DNA of 64,000 nt from Sporopachydermia quercuum (taxonomy: Eukaryota). The stretch is from assembly GCA_001599295.1 (NCBI GenBank), contig BCGN01000005.1, positions 1,364,001-1,428,000 on the forward strand, written 5' to 3'. This document shows, in pieces, positions 44,809-57,300 of the stretch. Below the pieces are notes generated by a model. That model was not told the DNA's origin and did not search any database. It was given only the letters and a program-made list of their open reading frames with translations. Each line of letters starts with the position of its first letter. Position 1 is the stretch's first letter. The translations under genes and the position numbers were made by a program.

Positions 44809-46518
44809 ATGTCTGCTAATAAAGTAAGTAGAGCTGATGAATGAATGGATGGATTGATTGATTGATTGNTTGGATAATTGATGAATAGATAAAGCAATGA
44901 ACTTGGGAAGTTGGAAGCGGGTTGAATATTGGTGTGGAATGCAAAGGAAATGGGGATTTGTAGGGGAGGAAAAAAAAAAAGAAGGAAAACCAAGTAAGAG
45001 GAAAGCTCCAATGTTGTGTTGTTATGGTTTACTGGGTTCATTGCTATTCATCGTTTGTTGTTCTCATTACAATTGGTTGATTGGTTGATTAGTTGATATT
45101 TTCACTATTTGTCATGGCTTTTTATAAAATTGTTTACTAACATAAACTAGAATTTGTTTGACCTTTTAGGTACGTTGGAATTGAATACGGGAGGATGAAT
45201 TGGATACTATTCAGGACGAGGGGTAATGGATGTTGATCAGATTTATGAATGAATGGAACATACAGCAAAAACAGCAGAAACAAGTTTTTGACATCATTTT
45301 TTTGTTTAATTTACGTTGTTTTGGTACTGATTGACAGGTCTTGTTTTTGTTAGGATTCTACAGCAGGATTCAATCTCGTAACTAAGTACTGTAAACGGGA
45401 CTATGAACTATTGATGAGATAATAGGATTATCACCAAACCAGAGACTCGTTGGCGAAGGCTACTTTTCATGCTTATTTATAATACAACGAGCATCAGCAA
45501 CAGTAGTAGTAGCAGTAGCAGTAGCGGTAATTCCAATATTTTTGCTTAAACAATGAAACAACAGCAAACCAATTTCCCATCACCTGTTATCAGCTATCTG
45601 ATCATCAATCAACCCGAGCCATACAATTATGCAGCATCCTGAATTGTCTTGTTTCCCATTTCCCTTTTATTCATTCGGTTTTATATACTAACTTACATCA
45701 CAGGTAACGACGTCGAAGACGAAACTACCCCAGTTGCCCCTAAGGAAATCGTCAAGAAGAATTCTTCTTCCAAGAAGTCTGACGTTCCTCCTCCTTCTGC
45801 TAATAAGGCCAGAGCCAACCCTAACAGAAAGAACCAAACCACTGGTAATGAAGCCGTTTTCAAGGATAAGACCGCTGGCCGCGATAACAACCGTTCCAGA
45901 CCTGTTACAGAAGGTAAACCAAGAAAATCTGGTGCTGGCCGTCTCGACCGCCATTCTGCCACTGGTAAGACTGATTCCGAAAAGCAAATTAAGAAGGGAT
46001 GGGGATCAACCGAAGATGAATTAGACGACGAAGTTGCTGCTGCTGAAGACGCCGTTGCTGAAGCTGAAGCCGATGGTGAGGCTCCTGAACAATTGAAGTC
46101 TCTTTCTGAATACCTTGCTGAACTCAAGCTCAAGAGAGAAGGTTTGAATGCTCAACCCAAAGTTAGTAAGGCTCCTGTTGACACTTCCAGTGACAAGGTC
46201 ATTGTCAAGGAAAACGAAGATTTCGTTGCTCCAGAAAAGGTCAAGTCTGTCAAGGCCAAGGCCAAGAAGGAAAAGGTCTTGGTTGAATTCGAAGCCACTT
46301 ACCACTCAACTGATTCTGGTTCCCGAGGCTCAAGAGGCCCAAGAGGTGGTAGAGGTTCTTCCAGAGGTGGATCCAGAGGTTCCTCCAGAGGTAGCGGTGC
46401 CCCAAGAGGTAATGGTGCCCCAAGAGGTAATGGTGCCCCAAGAGGTAGATCTGGAAGAGCTGCTCCTAGACAAGCTCCAGTTGCCGTTCCATCTGAAAAT
46501 GACTTCCCTGCTCTTTAA
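44809..46518 (+). CDS. STM1: Stm1 ribosome-preservation / RGG protein (3 exons: 44809-44823, 45151-45169, 45704-46518)
   Basis: Intron 1 (44824-45150) GTAAGT..TACTAAC..TAG; intron 2 (45170-45703) GTACGT..TACTAAC..CAG. Spliced N-terminus MSANKNLFDLLGNDVED..PKEIVK matches Stm1; also DRHSATGKTDS.K..K.GWG and an RG-rich tail. Confidence 0.94.
46396..46447 (+). repeat. 18-bp coding tandem repeat (GAPRGN, about 3 copies) in the STM1 RG-rich tail
   Basis: ggtgccccaagaggtaat repeated twice plus a 16-nt third copy. Confidence 0.9.
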
Positions 46519-46752
46519 GTCATGTTGATTTGATGATATGAACCTCAGGTCTTTTTTCTAATGCTTGATTTATGTTTCTGGAATCGTATTGTTTGACTGT
46601 AGAAAAAGCAATGGGAATAGGAATAGGAATAAACAGTGTTATTGATAAGTAGTATGTGGTATATATTGCTTATGTTTCTATGGTGATATTTTTCAGTATT
46701 ACCCATAAAATTAAATTCCAATGTATTAATATGTAAATTGTAGATTATGTTG

Positions 46753-48212
46753 ATGTTTGATTACAATGTGTTCAAGCTGGTAGCTAACAAGCTAATAACT
46801 ATACGAAGATGTTAGATGTTCTTTGACAACTAGCTCTGTCTATCGTCGCTGTTACTGTTATCAGCCCTTCTACCTACTGAGATATTAGTTGTAAAGTGAC
46901 GATGCGTAACCATCTGCTACAAACTGTGGCAATATCTTGAAGGGTCAAGCAATGATAAACCTCAAGGACAATGAATCAATCACTCAGATGTAATTCCCTC
47001 TTGCCTGCCTCTTCTCCCTATCTCTTCTGTCTTTGAGAAGTTGAGAGGTACAAATTTTCATGTTAAGCCTCTCTCTAATGGAGAAAGATCACTATGTTGA
47101 AAAAGGGACAAAAGGTGGATAAAAAAAGGCTAAAGGGTGGACAATGGTCTTACTGGGGACATAGAATGTAGGATCAGGACCCTGCAACTCAGCGATTTGA
47201 AGAAGAACTTGCAATTTATCGTTCAATTCAGTCAATGTCAATCAACTAATTAGTTAAAATCAATCAAGAAATGAAGTACCAAAAAATTCAGCATAAATTT
47301 GAGCAGGGTGAATGTTCCTGTAGTACCGAATAATCAATTGGCTTGATTCTCCAATAATTCATTGCTTGAAACATATTTAATAATATTGTTTCTTATTTTT
47401 TGTTTCTTTATTCTCTCGTTCATCCGTTTTATTTATGTTTTATATTTGAATTTATTTGTTTAGTTATTTGATTTATTTGATTGTTTGCCGTCAGAACTTT
47501 ACTGTTAAATTTATCTCCGACAGTGAATGAACATTCATCCTATTCGCCTGACGAGCGTCTATAGTATTATCTTGCATCTTTCATGATCTTTCAAGTATTT
47601 GATGAGAATTAGCAGTAAATCGGTCCTTAGGTTCTTTATAATGAAAGCCTGGCCCTTTGATTGGATATCTCTTGAGATGTAAGAAGAGTGAGAGATACAG
47701 TTGTAAGTAATCAGTAGAATCAAATTAGGCTGACAAAGCTGAGAAGCTGGAAGAACCTGTGAGACTCAGGCTGAAGATGTGATGGACGTAGAGCAGTAGC
47801 TGATTGATTATCTTCAGCTAATCAAACAATACTTGCAAAGTAGTGGTCTATAATCTATAATTTTCTATACTCATATTTTTATCAAAAGATAAAAGATTGG
47901 AGAGGTTTTCTCTGTTAGTAAGTTGTTTCTTACTGTCGGAGATAATTTAGATAAATCGTCTGCTATTTGTTCTATATAGATAGTGACACCGGATGAACGA
48001 AGTGTGAAGTGAGGAAAAAGATGAAGCTACTAGCAATTGAGTTGCGCTGTTGATATCTGACTTGATTGAGGCTGTTTTAATGCTAGAATGGGTTGTTTTA
48101 AGCAGATTCATGGATAATAGAAGGTTACGCATAAGAATAGGTAAAAGCATTGCGAAAGCTTATATGAAACCCATAGTTGAGGATTGGTTAATCAAATGTA
48201 AATAAATCTTGG
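46753..48212 (+). ncRNA. Candidate large structured non-coding RNA (telomerase-RNA-like size); identity unproven
   Basis: Nested complementary segments 46753-63/48189-99, 46902-11/48123-32, 47416-26/47990-48000, 47511-24/47932-45, 47592-99/47828-35 and 47629-36/47751-58. Extensions use G:U pairs on the plus strand. No credible ORF. Confidence 0.45.
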
Positions 48213-48709
48213 TAAACGAATCGAAGTAGCCATCAGCTCTTCTGCAGTTGACCATTGTCATCATTACCCTGTGAAACTTAAACAACCAGCAGTATTGATA
48301 TGCTTTTACGCTATCAAAAGCAGTTAACGATCATAAGTACTCTAACTGGTTGTATAACAGGTTGTAACAGGTTGTATGACAGCAGACTTTGAATATGAAA
48401 GTCATATCGGCCCTTTGACTGAATGGTGAGAATATTATCTAAGTGACAAATGTGATAGTTGAAAGCATTGAAAGATTATCATTGTTATATGATTTATCAG
48501 AACAAGCAGTCCATATTATGCATCCTGTAATATATCCTTGTATTTCTATTTCTATTCCTAGTCGTGTCCTAATTCTACGCTGTAGTCTAAAAATCTAAAC
48601 AACATCTAGTATTATGTCTAACATATACGTATATTAATAATGATAATAATCATAGTATACCCTCCAATTAAATTGTCAAATTAATCTACCCTATTACTGC
48701 TAATATCTC

Positions 48710-51700
48710 CTATCTCTCACTGATTGCAACTGCAACAGATTGCTTATCATCATGGCTAATGCTCACTTTCACATTCTTGATTCCAACTGCATCAGCAGCC
48801 TTTTTAGCATCACCGTGCAATAGAACTGATGGTGCTCCCGTAGTATTATCATGAACAATCTCAATAGATACTAATTCGGCTCCTCCTCCTTTACCTTTGA
48901 CATTCAGTGACTTGAACACTGCTTCCTTAGCAGACCAAACACCAGCAAAGCTTGATTGAGGCGACGCTGCTTTGAAACAATATTCCTGTTCCTTTGGTGT
49001 GAAATTTCTGTTCAAGAATGTCTCATTTTCAATATTGATAGCAGAGATTTCTTCAACATCTACACCAATTGACCCAGTGACATCAGTTGATGCTGTCAGT
49101 TGTTTCAAGATAGCTTCAGTCGATTTGGTGGCTTTGGTGGCACTGCTTCCTGCTTTGAAGTAAGAACCGGCGCTTTGAATACCTTTTTCTTCAAATACCA
49201 GCTTCTTGGACTTCTTCTCAAGAGAAACCCTTGCCAAAGGATCGAGATAAACAGGTTGTTCCAAATCATCAGTGTAAGGTGGTTTATCTTTAGCAACAAA
49301 TAAGCTGTTGTTGATGAATGCTTCATGGGCATAGCGATAGGTCTTCTTGTATCTTTCTGCAACCTTGACTGCGTATTTCTCGTATGAATCTTTGTCCAAA
49401 GCAGCAAACAAGTAGTCGGAGTGCACCAAGATAGCTTGAGCACCCTTCTGACCGAAACCAAATGATGTGACTGAAGCTGCCTTGATACCATCAGTCTTGA
49501 TGGTCTTTGAAGGGAAGAGAATGTTGGTAAATTGGGATAAGACAAGATCAACGTTATCTGCGTTTCTGTTACCAGGAACAATGCCAGAATTGAGAATCTG
49601 TAAAGCTCCGTTCATCATCCAAGCACCTGCAGCACCCTTGGGATGACCAGTCAGGTATTTCTGGAAAACACCAAGTAAAGGATTACCCTTGCTTCTGCCA
49701 AGATGGAGAAGCATTTGATTGATAGCTTGAGATTCATTCTTATCGTTAGCCTTCGTAGAAGTACCATGGAAAGAAGCAACTCCAAGGTCATCGATCGTCA
49801 AACCAAAAGTAGCCAAGGCTCCTCTTAAAGGTGCGATTCTGGAGTCATTCTTCCAGAAGTCAAGGCCCCAAGCTCTCAATGCTTCGTTGGTTTGCTTTTC
49901 GACCTCCTTTTCAATGTATTGAGCTCTTTCCTTGACATAAGCATCCAAATCAAACAAATCACCGTGTTCTTCCTTCATAAGCTGAGCTTCTTCCTTGATG
50001 TATAAGTATTCTTCTTCAGCCCATTGTTTGATTTGATTCTTACGCTTGTTCACTTGCCGCTTCCTATACTTAATGTCTAGTGATGGGACAGGGTATTTCA
50101 AATCGCCTTGATGTTCTCTGGCAGTGGTAAGAATACCTTTACCAGGGGCAGGAACTGATCTACCAATCTTGTCACTAGCTGTAGCAGTCAAGGCAACAAT
50201 ACCGTAAATTGGAACACCCATGTCCAAGGCTAGCTTAGCGCTCATGATGATTTGAGATCCAGCACCTTGAGCTTCCATAAAGCCAGCTCTTGATGTAGTT
50301 GTAGGTCTTGACATTTCGCTAGGGGTTCTACCTCTTTTCTCTTCTTCAACACTATTGCTGGTAGCGTTCATATTACCGAATTCATAGGATCCTTCTTCTT
50401 GGAAATCGTCATAACCACCAACAATACAGATCTTAGCCTTCTTACATAGAATGGTCTCTACACCAGTGTCAACGGATTCCACAGCAGTAGCACAGGCAGC
50501 AACAGGTGTCTTGATAGGACCTGAAGATGATAAAAGTAACATATTGACCCAGGCACTCATGGTATTAATGAAAGACTCTTGCAAGATATCGTTTTGAACT
50601 GGCTTGTCTTGATATCTGTCCTTAAACATACCTCTCAAAGCAGACACACCACCCATTCCAGAACCAGCACAGTTGCCGACTTCTGAAACATGGACATATT
50701 TATAGAATTCATAAGGATCAGAGATACCTGAAGAAATCAAAGCTTCAACTACTGACACCAATGCGTATAAAGTGATAGGATCAACTTGAGAAATGGTATC
50801 TTCACCAATGCCGTATCTTCTAGCATCCCAACCGCTAGGGATTTGACCAGCAACCAAACGGTCGAATCGTAAAGCCTTTGGAATGAATAATTTAGCTCCA
50901 GTTAATAATCTAACTGTGTATTCACCGCTCTCGGGAACTTCGAAGATTTCAACCAAATCACCGTGTTGTAATTTGAACTGTTCTGCTGTTTCCTTGGATG
51001 CTTCAAATGGCTCCAGATCGTGGTCAATAACGATTTCTTGAATGAATTCCTTTCTGTTGGGATCATATCCTTCAAACAATTCAGGTTCGATTAATCGAAT
51101 ACCAGAGTGTTCTAGGATCTTACTTTCGTACTTCTTCTTGATATCCTTATCCTCAACAGGAGTATTGGTCTTAGTATCAACCCATCCAACATAAGGAACA
51201 CCCTTCAATTTACCGTTATGATACTTGATCAAACCCATAATCCAGGCCATTTCAATGCATCCTTCCAACGAAAACTCTCCAAATGCTTCCATCTCCCATC
51301 TGGTTCTAGAGTTACCCCAAGGACCAACTTCAGCGAAACCAGTGACAACAACAACGCTTTCCAAGTCAAGCATGCCTTCTAAATCTGGAGCAATTGATTT
51401 CAATTCGTCGTAAGTCTTGAGACTAGGGAACTCCATCTTCATATTAGCCCTTTCGTCGACCTTGGTTACTTGGAAAGGAGAATCGGCCTCTTTACCATTC
51501 ACGACTTTATATTCAATAGCAGTTTCGATAGAAACGGCCTTTCGGATTTCTGATGTTTGGTTCATTTCAGCTCTTAAGTTCTGTAAGATTTCTCTCATAT
51601 TTGGTAAGAATTGGAAGCCACCGTTCAAGTCAGCCATCACTGGTTCCTTCTGGCATAAGTTAACTAAGTCAGGAACCATAAGACCTAAGATGTTGAAAGC

Positions 51701-54379
51701 CATTTCCTTTTGGGAGAAAGTTCTGACCCCGAATTTTTCAATGCCTTCAGCAACAACGTTGTTGGAAGTCATTAAACCAGTACCTCTAGTCCAACCAATT
51801 ATAGCACCGCAGATTGTCAGGTAAGATTGCCAAGATTCAGAGTACCATCTGTCGAAGAGTGTTTCCAGGCCAATCTTCGATTCGGAGTAAAGACCGTCGG
51901 AGCCAAAAGTACCATGGTTTGGTGATAATGGTAAAATGACTTGGGCAGGCCTTGTTTCAATACCTCTAGAAGCCTTCTCCTTCTTGACGTCACCTAGAAG
52001 TCTTAATAGATTGGTCAACATTATTCTGTGGGCTAACTCTGATTTAGAATCAATTTGGTCGATTTCAATACCTTGTTCAGGAATAGCAGCAAAAGGAAGA
52101 ACGAAATCAAGATCCCATCCCAATCCACCTTTCTTTGGTTCTGAATAAATGAAGTCTACTAAAGCATCAACGTCCTGTTTAGAACCTTGGTTAAAAGGAA
52201 CAACGATTAAAGCAGATCCTACTGAACCATATCTTGTATACATAGATTGGTAGTATTTGGTGACATTTTGAGAGAATCTTGAGGTGGTGACGATGACTTT
52301 GGCACCACCAGATATGAGTCCCTGTAGAATATCAGCACCAATGGAACCAGCGCCAGCACCTGTGATCAACACGTACTTATCTTTGAAAGTGACACCGTTG
52401 ATAGCAACGTTTTCAAGGTTATCTAGATAAGCACTAGTTAAAGATTTGTCATAATCCCAAGAAGTAACGTTCTTACGCTTCAAATGTAAGAAAGGAACAA
52501 CATCTGGTTTGATTTTGCTGGAGACTTTTGTTGTTTTTGATGAAGTAGTAGTCAAACCTCTAACTTCTGTAGTTGAGTCTGAGTCTGAGATGTCAGAATC
52601 TTCAGAGGTATCATCGTCGTCGGCAATCACTGCAGTCTTGGTAGCAATTTCACCATTTTCTTCCAGGAACTTGATCAAATCACTGTACATAGATTTGATC
52701 TTCAACTTGGCATCTTTTGTTAATTCGTTCTGTCTGGCTATGGTCTTATATACTTTGGCGAGTTCTTCTTCAATAGAAGGATTCTTGTTGGTCTTTGATA
52801 CTTCACCGCCAGAAGCCATTTCGCAAACGTATTGTTCCAATTTGCGAAGGGAAGGTCGGGGAACTTCTTCATAAGTGATATTACCCTTGGAATCAATAGT
52901 AGTCTTAGGGGCAGTAGGATACGTGATGTCCTTATACACAGGGTCGTGACCAATGACTTGTTTGCAGTTGTCAATTAATTGTTGGCCCAAAGCTTTTGCC
53001 AGTTTGTACGTCTCACCTTTATTGGTTGGACAATGATCTATATAATACTCCATGAATTCAATACAAGTAGGATCAGCTCTGTTCATTATTTGGATGCATC
53101 TGGCAACAATTTCACGGTCAACGTTGGTTAGTTTACCAAAGATGATATCGTAGAACATAGATAGAACGTCTTGCTTAGCCCAGTTCCAGTAGGAGTCATA
53201 AGTTCTTGCCTTTAATGCAGAGAATGATGGCTTGATACCAGAAGCATAGAAGTCACCGTGTTCTTCAATCCATAGGTCTAATTCAGCTTGTAAGCTTTGT
53301 GAAGTGGCTTTTTCTTTTAGAAGTTCCTTATCGCCAGCTCTCAAGTCAATGTTGAGATATTTGGCATATAATTCCAATTGTTTTCGTACAAGAGTCTTCT
53401 GATCTTTGGTGACTGCTTCTAAAGCAGCAGAGTCAACAACGGCACTAGAAGAACCTGCGCCAGCACCTGCACCTGCGCTTGCCACGGCTAAGCTGACACC
53501 AGATATGGAGGAATATTTCTGGGCAACAGCGTCAAGGAAGGCTTTTGCTTCGGCTTCAGAAGCCAATCTTGCGGCAGGTTCCATAGTGACGGCAACAAGA
53601 AAAAGAGAGTCTTGTCTGCCAGGTCCTAAGCCCCATCTTGTTTCCAAGTACTTCTTAGCTGTGGTAAGATTGAATCCACCAGGCATTTTTGATGACATTA
53701 ACCTTGAAATCAAAGATGATGTTTGTTTACCTAGAGCACCGCTGAAAGTGTGTTGGAAGTTCTCTGCTAATTCTTCTAAAGGAGTTTCTTCTGGTTTTTC
53801 TGGTGTGGTACCAAATTCTTTACCTAGATCACCAAGAATTTCATTCTGTAGTGTTGATTTACCACCTACTAAGTCTTTAATAGCTTTGGATAAAGGAACT
53901 TGGTCTAATGTTTTCTTCAGCTTTTGAGCGACCAAAGCGTGTATGATTTCTTTAGCTTGAACTGGTTCATCGGGAACTTGAGCAGCAGCGGCGGCTGGGG
54001 CTGCGGAGGCAACTGGAGCGGCAACTGGAGCAGCTGCTGGGGTAGCGGAGGCTGGAGCACTTGCCGGTTCCTCAGCAGCTGGTGCTGGTGCTTCAACAGG
54101 ATCAGGAGTGTAGTAAATCTCCTTGGCATCTTTGGAGTAACAAAGCACTTGACGTTGTAAAGAAAGAGCAGCGTCATAAGATTCGTACTTGGCTTTGATT
54201 GTACGTGAAGCCATACCAGCAAGAGTTGGAGAAGGACCAATTTCAACTACTCTCTCAGTATTAAAATCTTTGAGGAAGACATCTTGAGTTTCAATCCATC
54301 GAACTGGAGATGCAAACTGGAAAGCCAGGAGTTCTGTCAAAAGAACGTGAGATAATTCTTGTTCGATTTCAGGACGCAT
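48710..54379 (-). CDS. FAS2: Fatty acid synthase alpha subunit (ACP-KR-KS-PPT)
   Basis: [18 protein letters not shown] start, [21 protein letters not shown] active-site PVAACAT and C-terminal [14 protein letters not shown]. Confidence 0.98.
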   Translation of the reverse strand: MRPEIEQELSHVLLTELLAFQFASPVRWIETQDVFLKDFNTERVVEIGPSPTLAGMASRTIKAKYESYDAALSLQRQVLCYSKDAKEIYYTPDPVEAPAPAAEEPASAPASATPAAAPVAAPVASAAPAAAAAQVPDEPVQAKEIIHALVAQKLKKTLDQVPLSKAIKDLVGGKSTLQNEILGDLGKEFGTTPEKPEETPLEELAENFQHTFSGALGKQTSSLISRLMSSKMPGGFNLTTAKKYLETRWGLGPGRQDSLFLVAVTMEPAARLASEAEAKAFLDAVAQKYSSISGVSLAVASAGAGAGAGSSSAVVDSAALEAVTKDQKTLVRKQLELYAKYLNIDLRAGDKELLKEKATSQSLQAELDLWIEEHGDFYASGIKPSFSALKARTYDSYWNWAKQDVLSMFYDIIFGKLTNVDREIVARCIQIMNRADPTCIEFMEYYIDHCPTNKGETYKLAKALGQQLIDNCKQVIGHDPVYKDITYPTAPKTTIDSKGNITYEEVPRPSLRKLEQYVCEMASGGEVSKTNKNPSIEEELAKVYKTIARQNELTKDAKLKIKSMYSDLIKFLEENGEIATKTAVIADDDDTSEDSDISDSDSTTEVRGLTTTSSKTTKVSSKIKPDVVPFLHLKRKNVTSWDYDKSLTSAYLDNLENVAINGVTFKDKYVLITGAGAGSIGADILQGLISGGAKVIVTTSRFSQNVTKYYQSMYTRYGSVGSALIVVPFNQGSKQDVDALVDFIYSEPKKGGLGWDLDFVLPFAAIPEQGIEIDQIDSKSELAHRIMLTNLLRLLGDVKKEKASRGIETRPAQVILPLSPNHGTFGSDGLYSESKIGLETLFDRWYSESWQSYLTICGAIIGWTRGTGLMTSNNVVAEGIEKFGVRTFSQKEMAFNILGLMVPDLVNLCQKEPVMADLNGGFQFLPNMREILQNLRAEMNQTSEIRKAVSIETAIEYKVVNGKEADSPFQVTKVDERANMKMEFPSLKTYDELKSIAPDLEGMLDLESVVVVTGFAEVGPWGNSRTRWEMEAFGEFSLEGCIEMAWIMGLIKYHNGKLKGVPYVGWVDTKTNTPVEDKDIKKKYESKILEHSGIRLIEPELFEGYDPNRKEFIQEIVIDHDLEPFEASKETAEQFKLQHGDLVEIFEVPESGEYTVRLLTGAKLFIPKALRFDRLVAGQIPSGWDARRYGIGEDTISQVDPITLYALVSVVEALISSGISDPYEFYKYVHVSEVGNCAGSGMGGVSALRGMFKDRYQDKPVQNDILQESFINTMSAWVNMLLLSSSGPIKTPVAACATAVESVDTGVETILCKKAKICIVGGYDDFQEEGSYEFGNMNATSNSVEEEKRGRTPSEMSRPTTTSRAGFMEAQGAGSQIIMSAKLALDMGVPIYGIVALTATASDKIGRSVPAPGKGILTTAREHQGDLKYPVPSLDIKYRKRQVNKRKNQIKQWAEEEYLYIKEEAQLMKEEHGDLFDLDAYVKERAQYIEKEVEKQTNEALRAWGLDFWKNDSRIAPLRGALATFGLTIDDLGVASFHGTSTKANDKNESQAINQMLLHLGRSKGNPLLGVFQKYLTGHPKGAAGAWMMNGALQILNSGIVPGNRNADNVDLVLSQFTNILFPSKTIKTDGIKAASVTSFGFGQKGAQAILVHSDYLFAALDKDSYEKYAVKVAERYKKTYRYAHEAFINNSLFVAKDKPPYTDDLEQPVYLDPLARVSLEKKSKKLVFEEKGIQSAGSYFKAGSSATKATKSTEAILKQLTASTDVTGSIGVDVEEISAINIENETFLNRNFTPKEQEYCFKAASPQSSFAGVWSAKEAVFKSLNVKGKGGGAELVSIEIVHDNTTGAPSVLLHGDAKKAADAVGIKNVKVSISHDDKQSVAVAISER

Positions 54380-57300
54380 TTTCAGTTGTGATTAGGTATG
54401 TCTGATTATGATTATAATATGGTAGATAGAAATGTTGTTATTTTCCTTTGTATTAGAGGTGTTCTTGGGTGGTTTGTATCTAGTACCAATTGAATGGTTT
54501 GCAGCGCTGAATACGATAAACGTAGTCAATTCTATAAGGCAAGCAAATCAACCAATACTGCTATCACTATTTAGTTGAATATGATGATCGTATTACAAAC
54601 TGGGTAAATCCTTCGGTTTGCTTGCTTTTGACAACAAGTTATGTTTCTCTTTTGTTTTGTTGGCGATAAGAGAAAACAAAGGAACAATACTAGTAGTAAT
54701 AGTGTACGTGATAGATAGTGTAAATGTAAGCGAGCAATTGCAATTGAAGTAAAAACAAGGCAATACGAGGCAATACGATATGATACACTAAAATCAAGGG
54801 AAAAACGTGTGATTATAAACAGGAACCAAAAGGTTTTTATTCATTTACAACACGGTGATGAGCTGGAAAAGAAAGAAGTTGATAAACATTTAGTGGTTTC
54901 ATTAATTATTATGTTGCAAAACTGTGAAATTTCATTTTTTTATTCGTTTTTTTACGGTTCTTTCAATTGACGGACTTGGATAAAGTTTGGACGGGAAGTA
55001 GAATGGGTTGGATTGTACGGAGTTCGTGGGATGTACTGAGGCTGTGGTAGTCGTTGTGCTTGAGATGAGGTACCGGATGGAAAATGGTTGGAGGATTTGG
55101 GTCGCGAAAGGAGTATGATAGATAATATCTGAATGAAAGTAGAGAAGGGAGAATACAAGAAGGAAATGTATGGAAATGCATGGAAATATGGAAAAAGAAG
55201 GGGGATAAAAAGTGAAAGCAACGGTGTGTCATTTTGATATTTTTCAGATTGTTGATGGTGTTATGCTTAGATTTCAAAAGCTTTGGAGAAATCTTTTAAG
55301 GGTTGTCCCAAAGCTATGTGGATTATGGCTTTATGGACTTATGACCCACACACACTGGCATAATGGCCCCGCGTTGCAGACTCAAAAACATCCTCAACCA
55401 ATTTTCCTTTAAGTACACATAATTAAGATTTACCTAAAAAGTCAACTTAGTTTCGCGTCTCGTCATGTACAACAAATGGATTCTCTCAACAAGATCATTT
55501 CTTATAGTAAAGGCAGTTATCCTATTGTTGGATCATACCTCAGTTATTAAACTACCTTGTAATTGATTGCTTCACGCTATCTTCGATGAAATACAATAAA
55601 CTTTTTGGAGCATCCACGTAGCATACAACATCTTTCATACATTGAGATAGTAGGGCAACAAAGTTGTTGGAAAACTACAGTTTATGCAAACTTTAAGCAG
55701 CTTTGGCTCACATGTACGTACTAAAGCTCTCAATGATTGTCCCAAAATAGCATGTCTCATTAAACTTTCCTACTAAGAGAATATGTTGGGTCGAGTAATC
55801 TGTACGTAATAGTTATTGGACAAGGGGTGTTCTGGAGACATAAGAGAGTTCAATGGTCGTTTTTATTGTGGATTGTTCTATAGCTACTCTTCTAAAAAGT
55901 AAATTATTGTTGTAAATAATAGTTGTAGGTAATAATCCTTTAAGGCTCAAATTGATGGAAGGCGGACATAGTATGGCTATGAGATTAAGCTGCGTTTAGT
56001 AACTAGCCAACACATTATTCAACATATACTATTAGATTTGTAAAGAGAAGACTAAGACTAGAACAATTAGCAGAATAATTACACACATTCAATATATTAA
56101 GCCAACTAAACAACAATTTTAGTTACTCGAACTTTTACCTACTCATCGCATCGACCCAGCAAATCTCTTTTCGTTTTTTTTTCTAATAAAAGATCCATTT
56201 CCATTTAACATATACAACATTGCATTTCATTTCATTTCATGCGCGAGATAATTAAAGTTTGGATATTGTTGTGTCAGATTGAGCTCGCGTCTCATTTTCT
56301 TTGTACATTTTGTGATTATATAATTGATTAATAACAGGTTGTTTGAAGTGAGACTTTATGTTAGGTGGTGAGATGTAGTAAATAAAGTTTATTGTTCTAA
56401 AGTCGTAACTTTAAAGCTAGAGAGAATCGGGATTTTGATAAATTGTGATAACGTGCTTGATCAGAACAAATGTTTGAAATATAGATTTGAAATATATGTA
56501 AAAATAGTTGTCAACTAAGCAAACTGGAACGTAGAATATGGAGTCTCGAGTGACAAATTTATGCTCTATATTCATGAGCAAACTTTGTAGTCTTTTGCTT
56601 TTTGTGCAAATGATTGTGGTAGTTAGATAGTTGTCATTCAAATACATATGCATTGGAAATTCGATGCTTTCTAGATAACATAATGAAAGAGTTAATTATT
56701 TTCATTACTCAATTTGATAAACAATTACAAATAGATAATTTAGGAAGCAATATAGAATTCAATTTGATTCTTCAGAGTGTAAGCTTTGGGTAAATTCGTA
56801 GTATTTGTCTGATGTTTCCGTGGCCAGTTTTGAAAATCTCATTACTATATGCTACATGCTACATGCTACAAGCTAATTTATTTGAGGTTTCTCAATAATA
56901 TTGAAACCTATGAATTTATTTCTATTCGGCACTTATTCCTGTAATTAATTATAAAAATGTATTTGCCAAGTGTTCTGAATCACGCACATTCAAAAGAAAA
57001 TCACAGAAAAAAGGAAAAAAAAAGAAATCAATCCTGTATCCTTCAAAAATCATTTTTCCGTAACAAGTTTCTATCCATTGAACAGGGAAGTGCAAAGGTT
57101 TATTGAAACATTATTCTTTACCATTTATTTGTATTAAATAACCCTATAGGAGTGTTTATCAAGCAACGACTAAGCTTTCTTGGTGATTTCAGGCTCTTTT
57201 TGAAAGATGATATGGTACTTCTTCTCTTTCTACAGATGACTTTCCTCTCGGAGTTTCAAAGAAGAATTTTATTATCATAGCAATGATGAAACAATATCCT

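Noticed and set aside
47135..47160. ACAATGGTCTTAC resembling the RNase MRP/P 3' conserved region (also GAGCTTAC near 17000)
   Set aside because: No matching GAAAGTC-type P4 partner at a plausible distance.
47279..47288. Sm-like AATTTTTTGG on the minus strand
   Set aside because: G:U-type helix extensions favour a plus-strand RNA, and no snRNA 5' signature (U1 ATACTTACC or the U2 branch-pairing region) was found.
48553..48610. TATTCCTA resembling the snR30 m1 motif
   Set aside because: No AAACCAT m2 motif or H/ACA hairpin context.
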